Positions 1 through 6,536 are shown, numbered from the stretch's first letter. The stretch: 44,492 bases of DNA from a virus (IMGVR_UViG_3300033480_000005:1-44492); one strand, 5' to 3'. Program-made: numbers and translations. Notes: generated by a model from the sequence alone, not told the origin.

Positions 1-115
1 CGCGCCTGCGATGTTCGCGCCTGCGAGGTTCGCGCCTGCGAGGTCCGCGCCTATGAGATTCGCGCCTGCGAGGTCCGCGCGTGTGAGGTCCGCGCATGCG
101 AGGTCCGCGCCTGCG
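1..115. repeat. Terminal overlap, left copy (identical to 44378-44492); circular-assembly signature
   Basis: Direct comparison of the two ends: cgcgcctgcgatgttcgcg...ccgcgcctgcg, 115 nt identical. Confidence 0.9.
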
Positions 116-336
116 AGGTTCGCGCCTGCGAGGTTCGCGCCTGCGAGGTCCGCGCCTATGAGATTCGCGCCTGCGAGGTCCGCGCGTGTGAGGTCCGCGC
201 ATGCGAGGTCCGCGCCTGCGAGGTTCGCGCGTGTGAGCGATCTTCCTTCCTTTAAAGCTATCCCAACAAGATCTTTTAAAGTTGCGGCTTCAGCGGAAAA
301 GATCACCTCGTTGGTAAAACGATTACGTATTTTCAT
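1..336 (-). CDS. Pentapeptide-repeat protein, N-terminal part (continues at 44377 across the circular join)
   Basis: Not in ORF track. ATG at 336 reads MKIRNRFTNEVIFSAEAATLKDLVGIALKEGRSLTRANLAGADLACADL..., i.e. A(D/N)Lxx repeats encoded by 15-nt units; in frame with 43961-44377. Confidence 0.9.
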   Translation of the reverse strand, partial: MKIRNRFTNEVIFSAEAATLKDLVGIALKEGRSLTRANLAGADLACADLTRADLAGANLIGADLAGANLAGANLAGADLACADLTRADLAGANLIGADLAGANLAGANIAGA

Positions 337-338
337 GT

Positions 339-533
339 CTATTTAACCTTGTTCAATTCGTGCAATACACCTATCACCCTTGTCAACGACTCACGGCATT
401 CCTTGAGTTGCTTTTCAGCATCACGCCATCGACCTTCAATGTCGAAGTAGGCTGTTCGCCAGTTGCCGGCGCATTTACGCCAGCACTTGACTGCATGCCG
501 GGATTTCTTGGCGACATGTTTCCATACGAGCAC
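339..533 (-). CDS. Small hypothetical protein
   Basis: Fills the gap between co-oriented genes; purine-rich RBS upstream; start and frame uncertain. Confidence 0.45.
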   Translation of the reverse strand: MLVWKHVAKKSRHAVKCWRKCAGNWRTAYFDIEGRWRDAEKQLKECRESLTRVIGVLHELNKVK

Positions 534-539
534 ACTTTC

Positions 540-1118
540 CTATCCTTCCTCGGATTCGGTGAAACATTCCGGCATTGCGGATATGTCCCAATCTGGATCC
601 GTGATAATCCAAGTACAGTCTTTCTCTACCGCGAAAGTATTCATGATCTTTCGTCGCCAGTTGAAGGAACCACCAGGGAAGGCGGCAGTAGGCTTTCCTA
701 CATTCCACATCCCGGGGGCTATAATTCGGTTTAGTGGAACGCTAAGAATTCTGGCATTGCTTAGTTCGACAACGAATATCCATACCTTAGTAAAGGTTGT
801 TTCTTGGAGTCTTAGGTATTGGTCTCGATAGTGAAGATCGAAACCATGAACCAATTCATGCCACCCTCCCCACATAACGGGTGCATCTTTCGTTTTAACC
901 TCTACCCATCGGCGGCCATTAGGATTCGAGATGTCGAAGTCGGCAAGCACCGTGCAAAAACCGTTGTCGTTCTCAATCCTTGGCGCTCTTTCTCCATCGG
1001 GTCCGACAAAATCCTTGCTCGATATGATTGAACATCGACAACGTTTTAGAAGCATGGCTACAAGACTTTCCCCAAACTTCCCCCGTTCAACCTCCTTGGA
1101 GGTTCTGTCGTAACTCAT
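540..1118 (-). CDS. PD-(D/E)XK-superfamily (restriction-endonuclease-like) nuclease
   Basis: GKFGESLV ... LADFDI ... WVEVKTK matches the E...(P/A)D...EVK motif; ATGA overlap with the upstream methyltransferase. Confidence 0.7.
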   Translation of the reverse strand: MSYDRTSKEVERGKFGESLVAMLLKRCRCSIISSKDFVGPDGERAPRIENDNGFCTVLADFDISNPNGRRWVEVKTKDAPVMWGGWHELVHGFDLHYRDQYLRLQETTFTKVWIFVVELSNARILSVPLNRIIAPGMWNVGKPTAAFPGGSFNWRRKIMNTFAVEKDCTWIITDPDWDISAMPECFTESEEG

Positions 1119-1684
1119 GCTTCATTACCCCATCTTGTCCAGTTTCTTCTATTCCCTTCAGAAATAAGGTCAGCAGGGCGATTGCGGGCGAATAGTTCGA
1201 TGTATGGTCCCGAAGAAAGACTTTCGATTATGTTGTAGAATTCAACTGGCTTTGCGCTATGTTTGCTGCGGGGCCACTGAAAGGCATGCCCGCGCTGGTT
1301 ATATCTTTCAAGACCCTTTTTACCCTTCTCTGCCAGGATTAGGATTTCTGTAGAGGGTCTTAGCCAACGCCCAATTCCAAGACGTTCGCCCTTGAACCAA
1401 ACTATTTCACCAACCCATCTGAACCCCCAGGCATCAAGGACACAATGGGGAGCAGCTTCACGGATCATTGGCCATGTGGTCCACATCCATAGATGTGCAC
1501 CGTCTGGCAAGGCGAGTTTTCCAACTGGTAGCCTACAGATATCGTCTACAGACATAGTGGAATATTCGTGCCCAACCCCACCATCACATGCTTTATCGTT
1601 ATAACTCCAAGGAGGGTCGGCATAGATGCACCCGAATTTACCAAATCCAGAATCCAAACACGGAAGTAAACCTTCGGCCTGCAT
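1115..1684 (-). CDS. MT-A70 family N6-adenine methyltransferase
   Basis: IYADPPW, YSTMS, LWMWTT, WGF..VW.K, HSAKP and IELFAR motifs characteristic of MT-A70. Confidence 0.92.
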   Translation of the reverse strand: MQAEGLLPCLDSGFGKFGCIYADPPWSYNDKACDGGVGHEYSTMSVDDICRLPVGKLALPDGAHLWMWTTWPMIREAAPHCVLDAWGFRWVGEIVWFKGERLGIGRWLRPSTEILILAEKGKKGLERYNQRGHAFQWPRSKHSAKPVEFYNIIESLSSGPYIELFARNRPADLISEGNRRNWTRWGNEA

Positions 1685-1693
1685 CTCTATTTC

Positions 1694-1954
1694 CTATAGA
1701 TGAACAAAAACCCCGGCGAGACCCGGACCATCCGAGTTTTTATTCCCGCCGGGGTAAACGGAAGAAAGGGGGAGAATGAGCGAAATAGAGGGCCGGGACT
1801 TTGGGGTTATTGAGTGAGTTTGGGTCGACAGGCTAAATGGAAATCGTATTCGTCCCGGCCCGAAGGGTGAGTAAAGACAAGGCCCCGGCGATGCATCCCG
1901 GGGCTTAAACGACCCGCAGCAAAACCGGATACCAACCGCCAACACGCCAACCAC
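1694..1954 (-). CDS. Putative leader ORF crossing hairpin array 2
   Basis: GTG preceded by GGAGAGGG; stops about 10 nt before the MTase ATG; sequence does not look like a folded protein. Confidence 0.35.
   Translation of the reverse strand: MVGVLAVGIRFCCGSFKPRDASPGPCLYSPFGPGRIRFPFSLSTQTHSITPKSRPSISLILPLSSVYPGGNKNSDGPGLAGVFVHL
1706..1755 (-). terminator. Terminator-like large-loop stem upstream of the MTase gene
   Basis: 9-bp perfect GC stem (12 bp with G-U on the - strand) followed by a U tract (plus-strand A run 1706-1710). Confidence 0.55.
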
Positions 1955-2005
1955 GTTCCCTCTCCGACTTCTCTTCTTGCACGCCCCCTACCCCCCTAAG
2001 GCGTG
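1706..2005 (-). ncRNA. Hairpin array 2: putative structured antisense RNA(s)
   Basis: Stems 1710-1718/1747-1755, 1790-1799/1852-1861, 1882-1888/1898-1904 and 1980-1985/2000-2005; G-U extensions favour the - strand; loops and linkers are complementary to phage gene starts. Confidence 0.6.
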
Positions 2006-2011
2006 GTCCCA

Positions 2012-2225
2012 CCTACGAACGAACTACGACGACTCTACCAACTCCACGTAGAGCATCTTGGCTGATTCCTCTGCCAGCCAATTGCGTTCGGCCATGGAAA
2101 GTTGCTTCAATTCCACGATCGTCACGGGACGACCTGGGATATCGAAGAATTTCTTTATGGCCGAAATGCGAGTTATCTTCTCCAAGATGAACCTCCTCTA
2201 ATGATTGTTGCCTACGAACGAACTA
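2012..2225. repeat. 15-bp direct repeat CCTACGAACGAACTA (2012-2026 and 2211-2225)
   Basis: Exact copies; on the - strand each begins with the TAG stop of consecutive genes. Confidence 0.9.
2024..2185 (-). CDS. 53-aa hypothetical protein (MEKITRISAIKKFFDIPGRPVTIVELKQLSMAERNWLAEESAKMLYVELVESS)
   Basis: Not in ORF track; TTG start with strong AGAGGAGG RBS; fills the gap. Confidence 0.75.
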   Translation of the reverse strand: MEKITRISAIKKFFDIPGRPVTIVELKQLSMAERNWLAEESAKMLYVELVESS

Positions 2226-3074
2226 TCCGTTGCTTCCCGGTTCCGGTGGCTCCTCTGCCATCGATGCGGGTCTATTAAGGTCCAGGCTTCTCTTCACTCC
2301 TGGACTCCCGTTATTGTTTTCGCCGAAGATTTCCTCAACCGTAGAAGACTCCTCATTGATTGCCGTAGCGAATCCTCTAAGTATGGCAATGTCTTCGGCA
2401 TTGATATCGCTAACGTTATTTCGATTCAATTTGTGGAGGATCTGTTCCTCTGTTACTCCCTTCGTACGGAACCATTTGATGGACTGTTCACGTTTTTTTA
2501 GGACATCTGAGTTCTTCCCGACCACACGATCCATGGCAGCCTGAAGTACCGGCTTCCATACCGTCTGGGGAACAACCTTGAAGATACTGTTACGGAAGGC
2601 GATAGAAGCCGCAGCGTTGCATGTCATAAGGATCATGTCATCGTTGTAACGGCGACCATCCTTGCTGGTGATTCGTCGTTTCACTTCGGACGATACCGCC
2701 ACGTTTGATTCTAGGTCGTGGCAGACAGATGCGACGGTGACTTCCTTCTGTCCTATGTCCATCACCCGGGAAGCAACGCGCATATTGCCCCATGAGTTGG
2801 CGACGATCTCAGCTAGTCGTACTGACGGCCCCGTGATCGACTTGCCACCACGAGGCATGACGTAATAACATTCCGCCGCCGATTCTTCCGTATCTAGCGC
2901 GATAGCTGCTATCTTCCGTTTGCATGCGGTCAACTCTCGGGGGAACCTTTTGGCCGTGCTTATTTGCATATCGATCTCAGCACGACTAATCTGTTCCAGT
3001 GCATTCCCCTGGGTTACCGCTGGTAGCACTTCTACCTGTTGGGTATCTTCGAATTCGTCTCGCATGGTTCTCAC
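2223..3074 (-). CDS. Putative single-strand annealing/recombination protein
   Basis: EIDxQIxTAKRFPR and GPSVRLAE..WGN motifs of a widespread phage family; directly downstream of a Cas4-like exonuclease (Red-like pair position). Confidence 0.55.
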   Translation of the reverse strand: MRTMRDEFEDTQQVEVLPAVTQGNALEQISRAEIDMQISTAKRFPRELTACKRKIAAIALDTEESAAECYYVMPRGGKSITGPSVRLAEIVANSWGNMRVASRVMDIGQKEVTVASVCHDLESNVAVSSEVKRRITSKDGRRYNDDMILMTCNAAASIAFRNSIFKVVPQTVWKPVLQAAMDRVVGKNSDVLKKREQSIKWFRTKGVTEEQILHKLNRNNVSDINAEDIAILRGFATAINEESSTVEEIFGENNNGSPGVKRSLDLNRPASMAEEPPEPGSNG

Positions 3075-4120
3075 TCCTTCCTTTTTAGATAACTTTGAGG
3101 AATTACGATTACCGCCCCTTTAGTACGATCTTTGAATCGTTCCTTTCCAGCCTTGAGAGTAGACCCGTCCTGATTCAGTTCCTTCCATTTGTGGGAGTAC
3201 TTGTCTTCCAAGTCACCGATTCTTACCTCGGCGCATTCGAGGAACTCCTCTTGTGTGAGGATGTCTCCCACGGCGTTGAATGCCTCGCAGACATTAGCCA
3301 CTTGCCGCAATGTCCTCTGAGCGAGTGTCCAGCCAGGAATCTCCGTGCCTTCCTGGATCATCTCCCGGGCGTGGTTCCGGACGGCCTTCGCCCATGGTTC
3401 AATCATCTGGGCGAATTCCAGAGCCTTAGCTACCTTGGTAGGGTCAAGGACCGCGAGCGATTCCTTGGTAGCCGGGAGAACGTTCATCACCTCTTCCCGG
3501 AACTCGGGGCAAATAGACTTACCTCGGCAATAACGGCAGGCCGTTGCGCTGGGGCGAAGAATCTCCGGATGCTCGAAGGCAATATTTATGATCTTTTGGA
3601 TTTCGTCCGCGATCTTTTCCGGATGGGAGTAGGTTCCTATGAATTCCGTCTCCTCTCGGGGCTGGTAGACCCATACCGCAGCACGAGGAACGGCAAACTC
3701 CTGCATGGCAGCCCCGGCATAGGCTCTGGCCTGAAGTTCCACGGTATCTGTCCCAACTGGAATGCGCCCAAACTTGTTCTCTACAATGCGAACCTCACTG
3801 GGGTAGATACCCACGATATCGCAAGTTCCCCAGGTAACGGGTTCGTTGTCCTCGCCCCACAGAACCATGGTTTCTTCGTAGAGTACTTTAGAAGCCCCAG
3901 CCAACTTGTCGGCAGCGTATGTCCGTGCATTATCCACGGCATGCCGTTGTTCGTCGTTTAACCCCTCAAGTGAAATCGTTGGTTTGGTAGCGGAATGAAG
4001 AGTAGTTCCTTCAGCGGCTTCATCCGAAGACTCATCAGCCCTAAGCCCTTCGGTCATGCGATATGATCCGGGGCATAGTCTGAGGCGAGGAAGTTGCGAA
4101 GGCCCGCAGGGGTGATGCAT
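3071..4120 (-). CDS. DUF2800-type Cas4-like PD-(D/E)XK exonuclease
   Basis: N-terminal PS...CPGS, A.EGT.LH, WGTCD, ENKFG, Q..AYA and C-terminal CRYC.....CP (4-Cys Fe-S pattern). Confidence 0.85.
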   Translation of the reverse strand: MHHPCGPSQLPRLRLCPGSYRMTEGLRADESSDEAAEGTTLHSATKPTISLEGLNDEQRHAVDNARTYAADKLAGASKVLYEETMVLWGEDNEPVTWGTCDIVGIYPSEVRIVENKFGRIPVGTDTVELQARAYAGAAMQEFAVPRAAVWVYQPREETEFIGTYSHPEKIADEIQKIINIAFEHPEILRPSATACRYCRGKSICPEFREEVMNVLPATKESLAVLDPTKVAKALEFAQMIEPWAKAVRNHAREMIQEGTEIPGWTLAQRTLRQVANVCEAFNAVGDILTQEEFLECAEVRIGDLEDKYSHKWKELNQDGSTLKAGKERFKDRTKGAVIVIPQSYLKRKE

Positions 4121-4123
4121 AAC

Positions 4124-4372
4124 TCACCCCCTCACATCCACAAGTTGGCCAGTAGGGGATTCCTTCTCCTCGGGAAGTTGATGGAGGAATGAAAGGATTT
4201 CTTCGAATGCTGGTATAGCCTTACGATCTATGTAGAATGCTAAATGATGATCGAAGATGGCCTGTACGTAAGGATTGCCTTCTCTGTCTGTGACAACAGA
4301 GACATCCGCATGAACCTTGGATCGTGACCTCTGGTGATATCCTACCGATATTGAGTTTTCCATGTATGTCAC
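4124..4372 (-). CDS. Hypothetical protein
   Basis: Strong AGGAAAGGAAGG RBS; tiles the operon; start is GTG 4372 or ATG 4363. Confidence 0.7.
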   Translation of the reverse strand: MTYMENSISVGYHQRSRSKVHADVSVVTDREGNPYVQAIFDHHLAFYIDRKAIPAFEEILSFLHQLPEEKESPTGQLVDVRG

Positions 4373-4393
4373 CCTTCCTTTCCTATGCCTGTC

Positions 4394-4552
4394 CTATGTC
4401 TGGTCCCTATCGTCTTCGAAAACGTGGTCCTCAATCATCTCTGGATCTATTGGTAGAAATGAGGTGTACGGAGTACATGATGGACAATTGCGATCGTCCA
4501 TTTCTTCATCCAGAAGAACTGGGAAAATTACTCCGCATTCGGGACAACGCAT
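4394..4552 (-). CDS. Small zinc-ribbon protein (MRCPECG...CPSC)
   Basis: Two CxxC pairs; GGAGA RBS; true start reassigned to 4552, 3 nt after the upstream stop. Confidence 0.7.
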   Translation of the reverse strand: MRCPECGVIFPVLLDEEMDDRNCPSCTPYTSFLPIDPEMIEDHVFEDDRDQT

Positions 4553-4554
4553 GG

Positions 4555-5232
4555 CTATCTCCCGTGTTTCTTCAGGTACCAACGCAACCGCGATAATTGC
4601 CATTTTTGTTCGGCGGCCCCTGCGGCCCCTGCGGCGGCCCTTGCGGCCCCTGCGGCCCATGCGGCCCTTGCGGCCCCTGCGGCCCCTGCGGCCCCTGCGG
4701 CCCCTGCGGCCCATGCGGCGGCCCCTGCGGCCCATGCGGCGGCCCCTGCGGCCCATGCGGCCCATGCGGCCCCTGCGGCCCATGCGGCCCATGCGGCCCA
4801 TGCGGCCCACCCTGCGGCCCTTGCGTCGTCCCTTGCGGCGTTTAAAGTTGCTATATCAATTTCGCCACGGGCAAATTTCCGTGCCGCTTCTATAGCCTCA
4901 CGGGGCCGTTTGTCTTCGGGTCGTTCCTTCTCGAAGAACTTCAAGACATGTTCGGCGCAATCTGCTGCGTAGAGTCGCAACGCGCAATCGTCCAGGAACA
5001 CATTCCGTTCGATTGCCCAAATGCGATCTGCGGCCGGAACCTTCTTGAGCCCAAGGATGTCTATGGCCGTGAGTTTCTTTTTACGACCAAAAATCTCGGT
5101 CAATACCTCGCGGCTGTATCCCGGACACGGACCCCATGACAGCACGTCATCGATGGTTACGGATACCATCCGGTTCGACGTGCGTTTCGTATCCGGTTTC
5201 CTCGTCACAACACTACGCACCTTCCACCTCAC
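4555..5232 (-). CDS. Imm5-like phage protein with Ala/Trp/Gly repeat tail (start may be ATG 5169)
   Basis: [15 protein letters not shown]...P.D.RPR.AIEAAR..A.G motif, then AAW/AAG repeats and E.KWQ. Confidence 0.8.
   Translation of the reverse strand: MRWKVRSVVTRKPDTKRTSNRMVSVTIDDVLSWGPCPGYSREVLTEIFGRKKKLTAIDILGLKKVPAADRIWAIERNVFLDDCALRLYAADCAEHVLKFFEKERPEDKRPREAIEAARKFARGEIDIATLNAARDDARAAGWAAWAAWAAWAAGAAWAAWAAGAAAWAAGAAAWAAGAAGAAGAAGAARAAWAAGAARAAAGAAGAAEQKWQLSRLRWYLKKHGR
4612..4822. repeat. Coding tandem repeat of 9/12-bp units GCGGCCC(C/A/T)T
   Basis: Visible tandem array encoding AAW/AAG/AAR; unit lengths are multiples of 3. Confidence 0.9.
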
Positions 5233-5479
5233 TTCCGATTTTCACCGCCCACGTCGCGGCAAGTCTTCCCGTCAGACGGTCCTTTCGTGGTAGCATCCGG
5301 ATCACCACTCCCTTGCGCTCCATGCTCGCCAGCCTCTTGTGGGCTCCTGATACGTATTGATCCAATTCCGCCCCCGTCGAGGCGGTGCCAATCGCCTTCA
5401 TGGCTGCGATTACGGACCGTTCGACCACGGGCAATCGCGGCTTTATTGCCCTGTATGCGAGCACGCTTGTTTGCTGCAT
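5213..5479 (-). CDS. Small winged-HTH DNA-binding protein
   Basis: TS..AY..I...L....R.V...TGAEL....HKRLA.ME.KG.V.....R....TGR.A..W pattern typical of phage wHTH proteins; AGAGGATAGG RBS. Confidence 0.7.
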   Translation of the reverse strand: MQQTSVLAYRAIKPRLPVVERSVIAAMKAIGTASTGAELDQYVSGAHKRLASMERKGVVIRMLPRKDRLTGRLAATWAVKIGSEVEGA

Positions 5480-6323
5480 TCCTATCCTCTTTCTTCCGTT
5501 GTATGTATGCTTTTATGTCCTGGTCCGCCTCTCGACCTATCCTCTGAATAAACGTTGTAAGACATGGACCGAAGTATAAAAGCATCCACTCCTTCATTGG
5601 TTCATTTGTCACCATATTGACGGTAGCTGAATATGTACATGCTCGAGCCTCTCCAAACTCGGGCGATATGACATACTCGCGGAACAGCCACTCCAGCAAT
5701 TCGTTATGCAAATGCTGGAGGTCGACGTTTTTTCTTCCCACCTCCCTATTCCAATGGGAGGCCACGATTGTTATCCTTTCATCCAACAGGCAGATCATTA
5801 GAGGGAGAATTGATCGATACCACGCGCCACATCTGGTGATGCTGTTGTCACCGGATATTTGCCCGTGAGCCCTAATCAGACATGGTACCGACCATTGTAG
5901 AGTCCCTTTGTCTAATGTTCCGGTAACATCATAATGGACCTTATCGGACCGTACACAGGTCAGAGTAATTCGTTTGATAGTGTTCGTCATCAACTCCAGA
6001 GTGATAGGCGAACATCTGTTCTCAAAAAACCGTAGCCCCCGTGACAAACTTCGCGATCCAGTGGGTACCTCGGGGGCTACGGAGGCCAGAGCGACCTCCG
6101 CTCGGGCCGTTCGTGGACAAAGATGGCCGCAGTCTCTTGTAGTGGTTCTGTGGGTCGAGGCTGCGGCCTGCCCCTGGGTGTCAGGGGCTGTCAGAGTAGT
6201 GAGATCGGAGTTAAAAGCCCCAGCTCCCATGGAAAGGTAAACCATATGACCTGTCTCGATATTGGCAGGCTGGGAGCCGGGACCTATTCTTCCAGGATCG
6301 AGACAACTAAGAAACTCACTCAT
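5229..6323 (-). CDS. Hypothetical protein with two plausible in-frame starts: leader ATG 6323 and ATG 5990
   Basis: One open frame; RBS GAGGAAAGG before 6323 and GGAG before 5990; protein-like sequence only from 5990 to about 5480; 3' end overlaps the HTH gene by 251 nt. Confidence 0.5.
   Translation of the reverse strand: MSEFLSCLDPGRIGPGSQPANIETGHMVYLSMGAGAFNSDLTTLTAPDTQGQAAASTHRTTTRDCGHLCPRTARAEVALASVAPEVPTGSRSLSRGLRFFENRCSPITLELMTNTIKRITLTCVRSDKVHYDVTGTLDKGTLQWSVPCLIRAHGQISGDNSITRCGAWYRSILPLMICLLDERITIVASHWNREVGRKNVDLQHLHNELLEWLFREYVISPEFGEARACTYSATVNMVTNEPMKEWMLLYFGPCLTTFIQRIGREADQDIKAYIQRKKEDRNAANKRARIQGNKAAIARGRTVRNRSHEGDWHRLDGGGIGSIRIRSPQEAGEHGAQGSGDPDATTKGPSDGKTCRDVGGENRK
6024..6082 (-). 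terminator. Attenuator-like terminator within the leader
   Basis: Perfect 12-bp stem CCGTAGCCCCCG/CGGGGGCTACGG, 29-nt loop, followed by U6 on the - strand. Confidence 0.65.
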
Positions 6324-6337
6324 ACGATTACCTTTCC
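6024..6337 (-). ncRNA. Hairpin array 1: structured 5' leader / putative antisense RNA(s)
   Basis: Stems 6030-6041/6071-6082, 6125-6136/6157-6168, 6170-6176/6182-6188 and 6219-6229/6271-6281; alternative pairings 6231-6240/6328-6337 and 6252-6260/6297-6305. Confidence 0.65.
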
Positions 6338-6343
6338 TCGGGG

Positions 6344-6371
6344 AGGATACCATCCTGAAAAAGAGTGTCAA
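6344..6371 (-). promoter_or_regulatory. Sigma70-type leftward promoter
   Basis: TTGACA (6371-6366), 16-nt spacer ending in TGG, TATCCT (6349-6344); sits in the AT-rich divergent region. Confidence 0.7.
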
Positions 6372-6428
6372 GGAAAAAAATTATTTTTTTCGCAAGAACG
6401 TGGTATGCTCCACGGAACGGAGGTAAAC

Positions 6429-6536
6429 ATGCAGAAAGTACGAGATTGGTTCCATAGAGTGTTGTTCAAGATCCTGCTCAAGACCGGGTTGATAGATAGG
6501 TTCTTGAGCGATGACGCAGAGGATGAGCTTGGGTAG
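6429..6536 (+). CDS. 35-aa hypothetical protein
   Basis: GGAGGTAAAC-ATG; extended -10-like TGGTATGCT at 6401-6409. Confidence 0.6.
   Translation: MQKVRDWFHRVLFKILLKTGLIDRFLSDDAEDELG

Noticed and set aside
1-240. 15-nt periodic repeats as a CRISPR array or the + strand ORF 11-346
   Set aside because: There are no unique spacers; the units are pentapeptide codons on the - strand, and the + ORF is their antisense shadow
1719-1746. Targets for this loop and for loop 6042-6070
   Set aside because: Only short intragenic matches of 9 nt or less were found by eye; there is no convincing target in this genome, and host targets cannot be tested here
3071-4120. CRISPR-associated cas4 locus
   Set aside because: No cas1/cas2 or repeat-spacer array was seen; the context is a phage recombination module
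4362-4895. Arg/Gly-, Arg/Pro- and Gly-Pro-Cys-repeat ORFs (4362-4895 +, 4597-4845 +, N-terminus of 4394-4810 -)
   Set aside because: These are alternative-frame readings of the AAW/AAG minisatellite in the Imm5-like gene
6198-6207. 10-nt antisense match to 43490-43499, just downstream of internal ATG 43512
   Set aside because: A 10-mer match is expected by chance genome-wide, so it was not counted as evidence
1706-6337. tRNA genes in the hairpin arrays
   Set aside because: No cloverleaf, T-loop (GTTCRA) or D-loop consensus found by eye; tRNAscan/ARAGORN was not run
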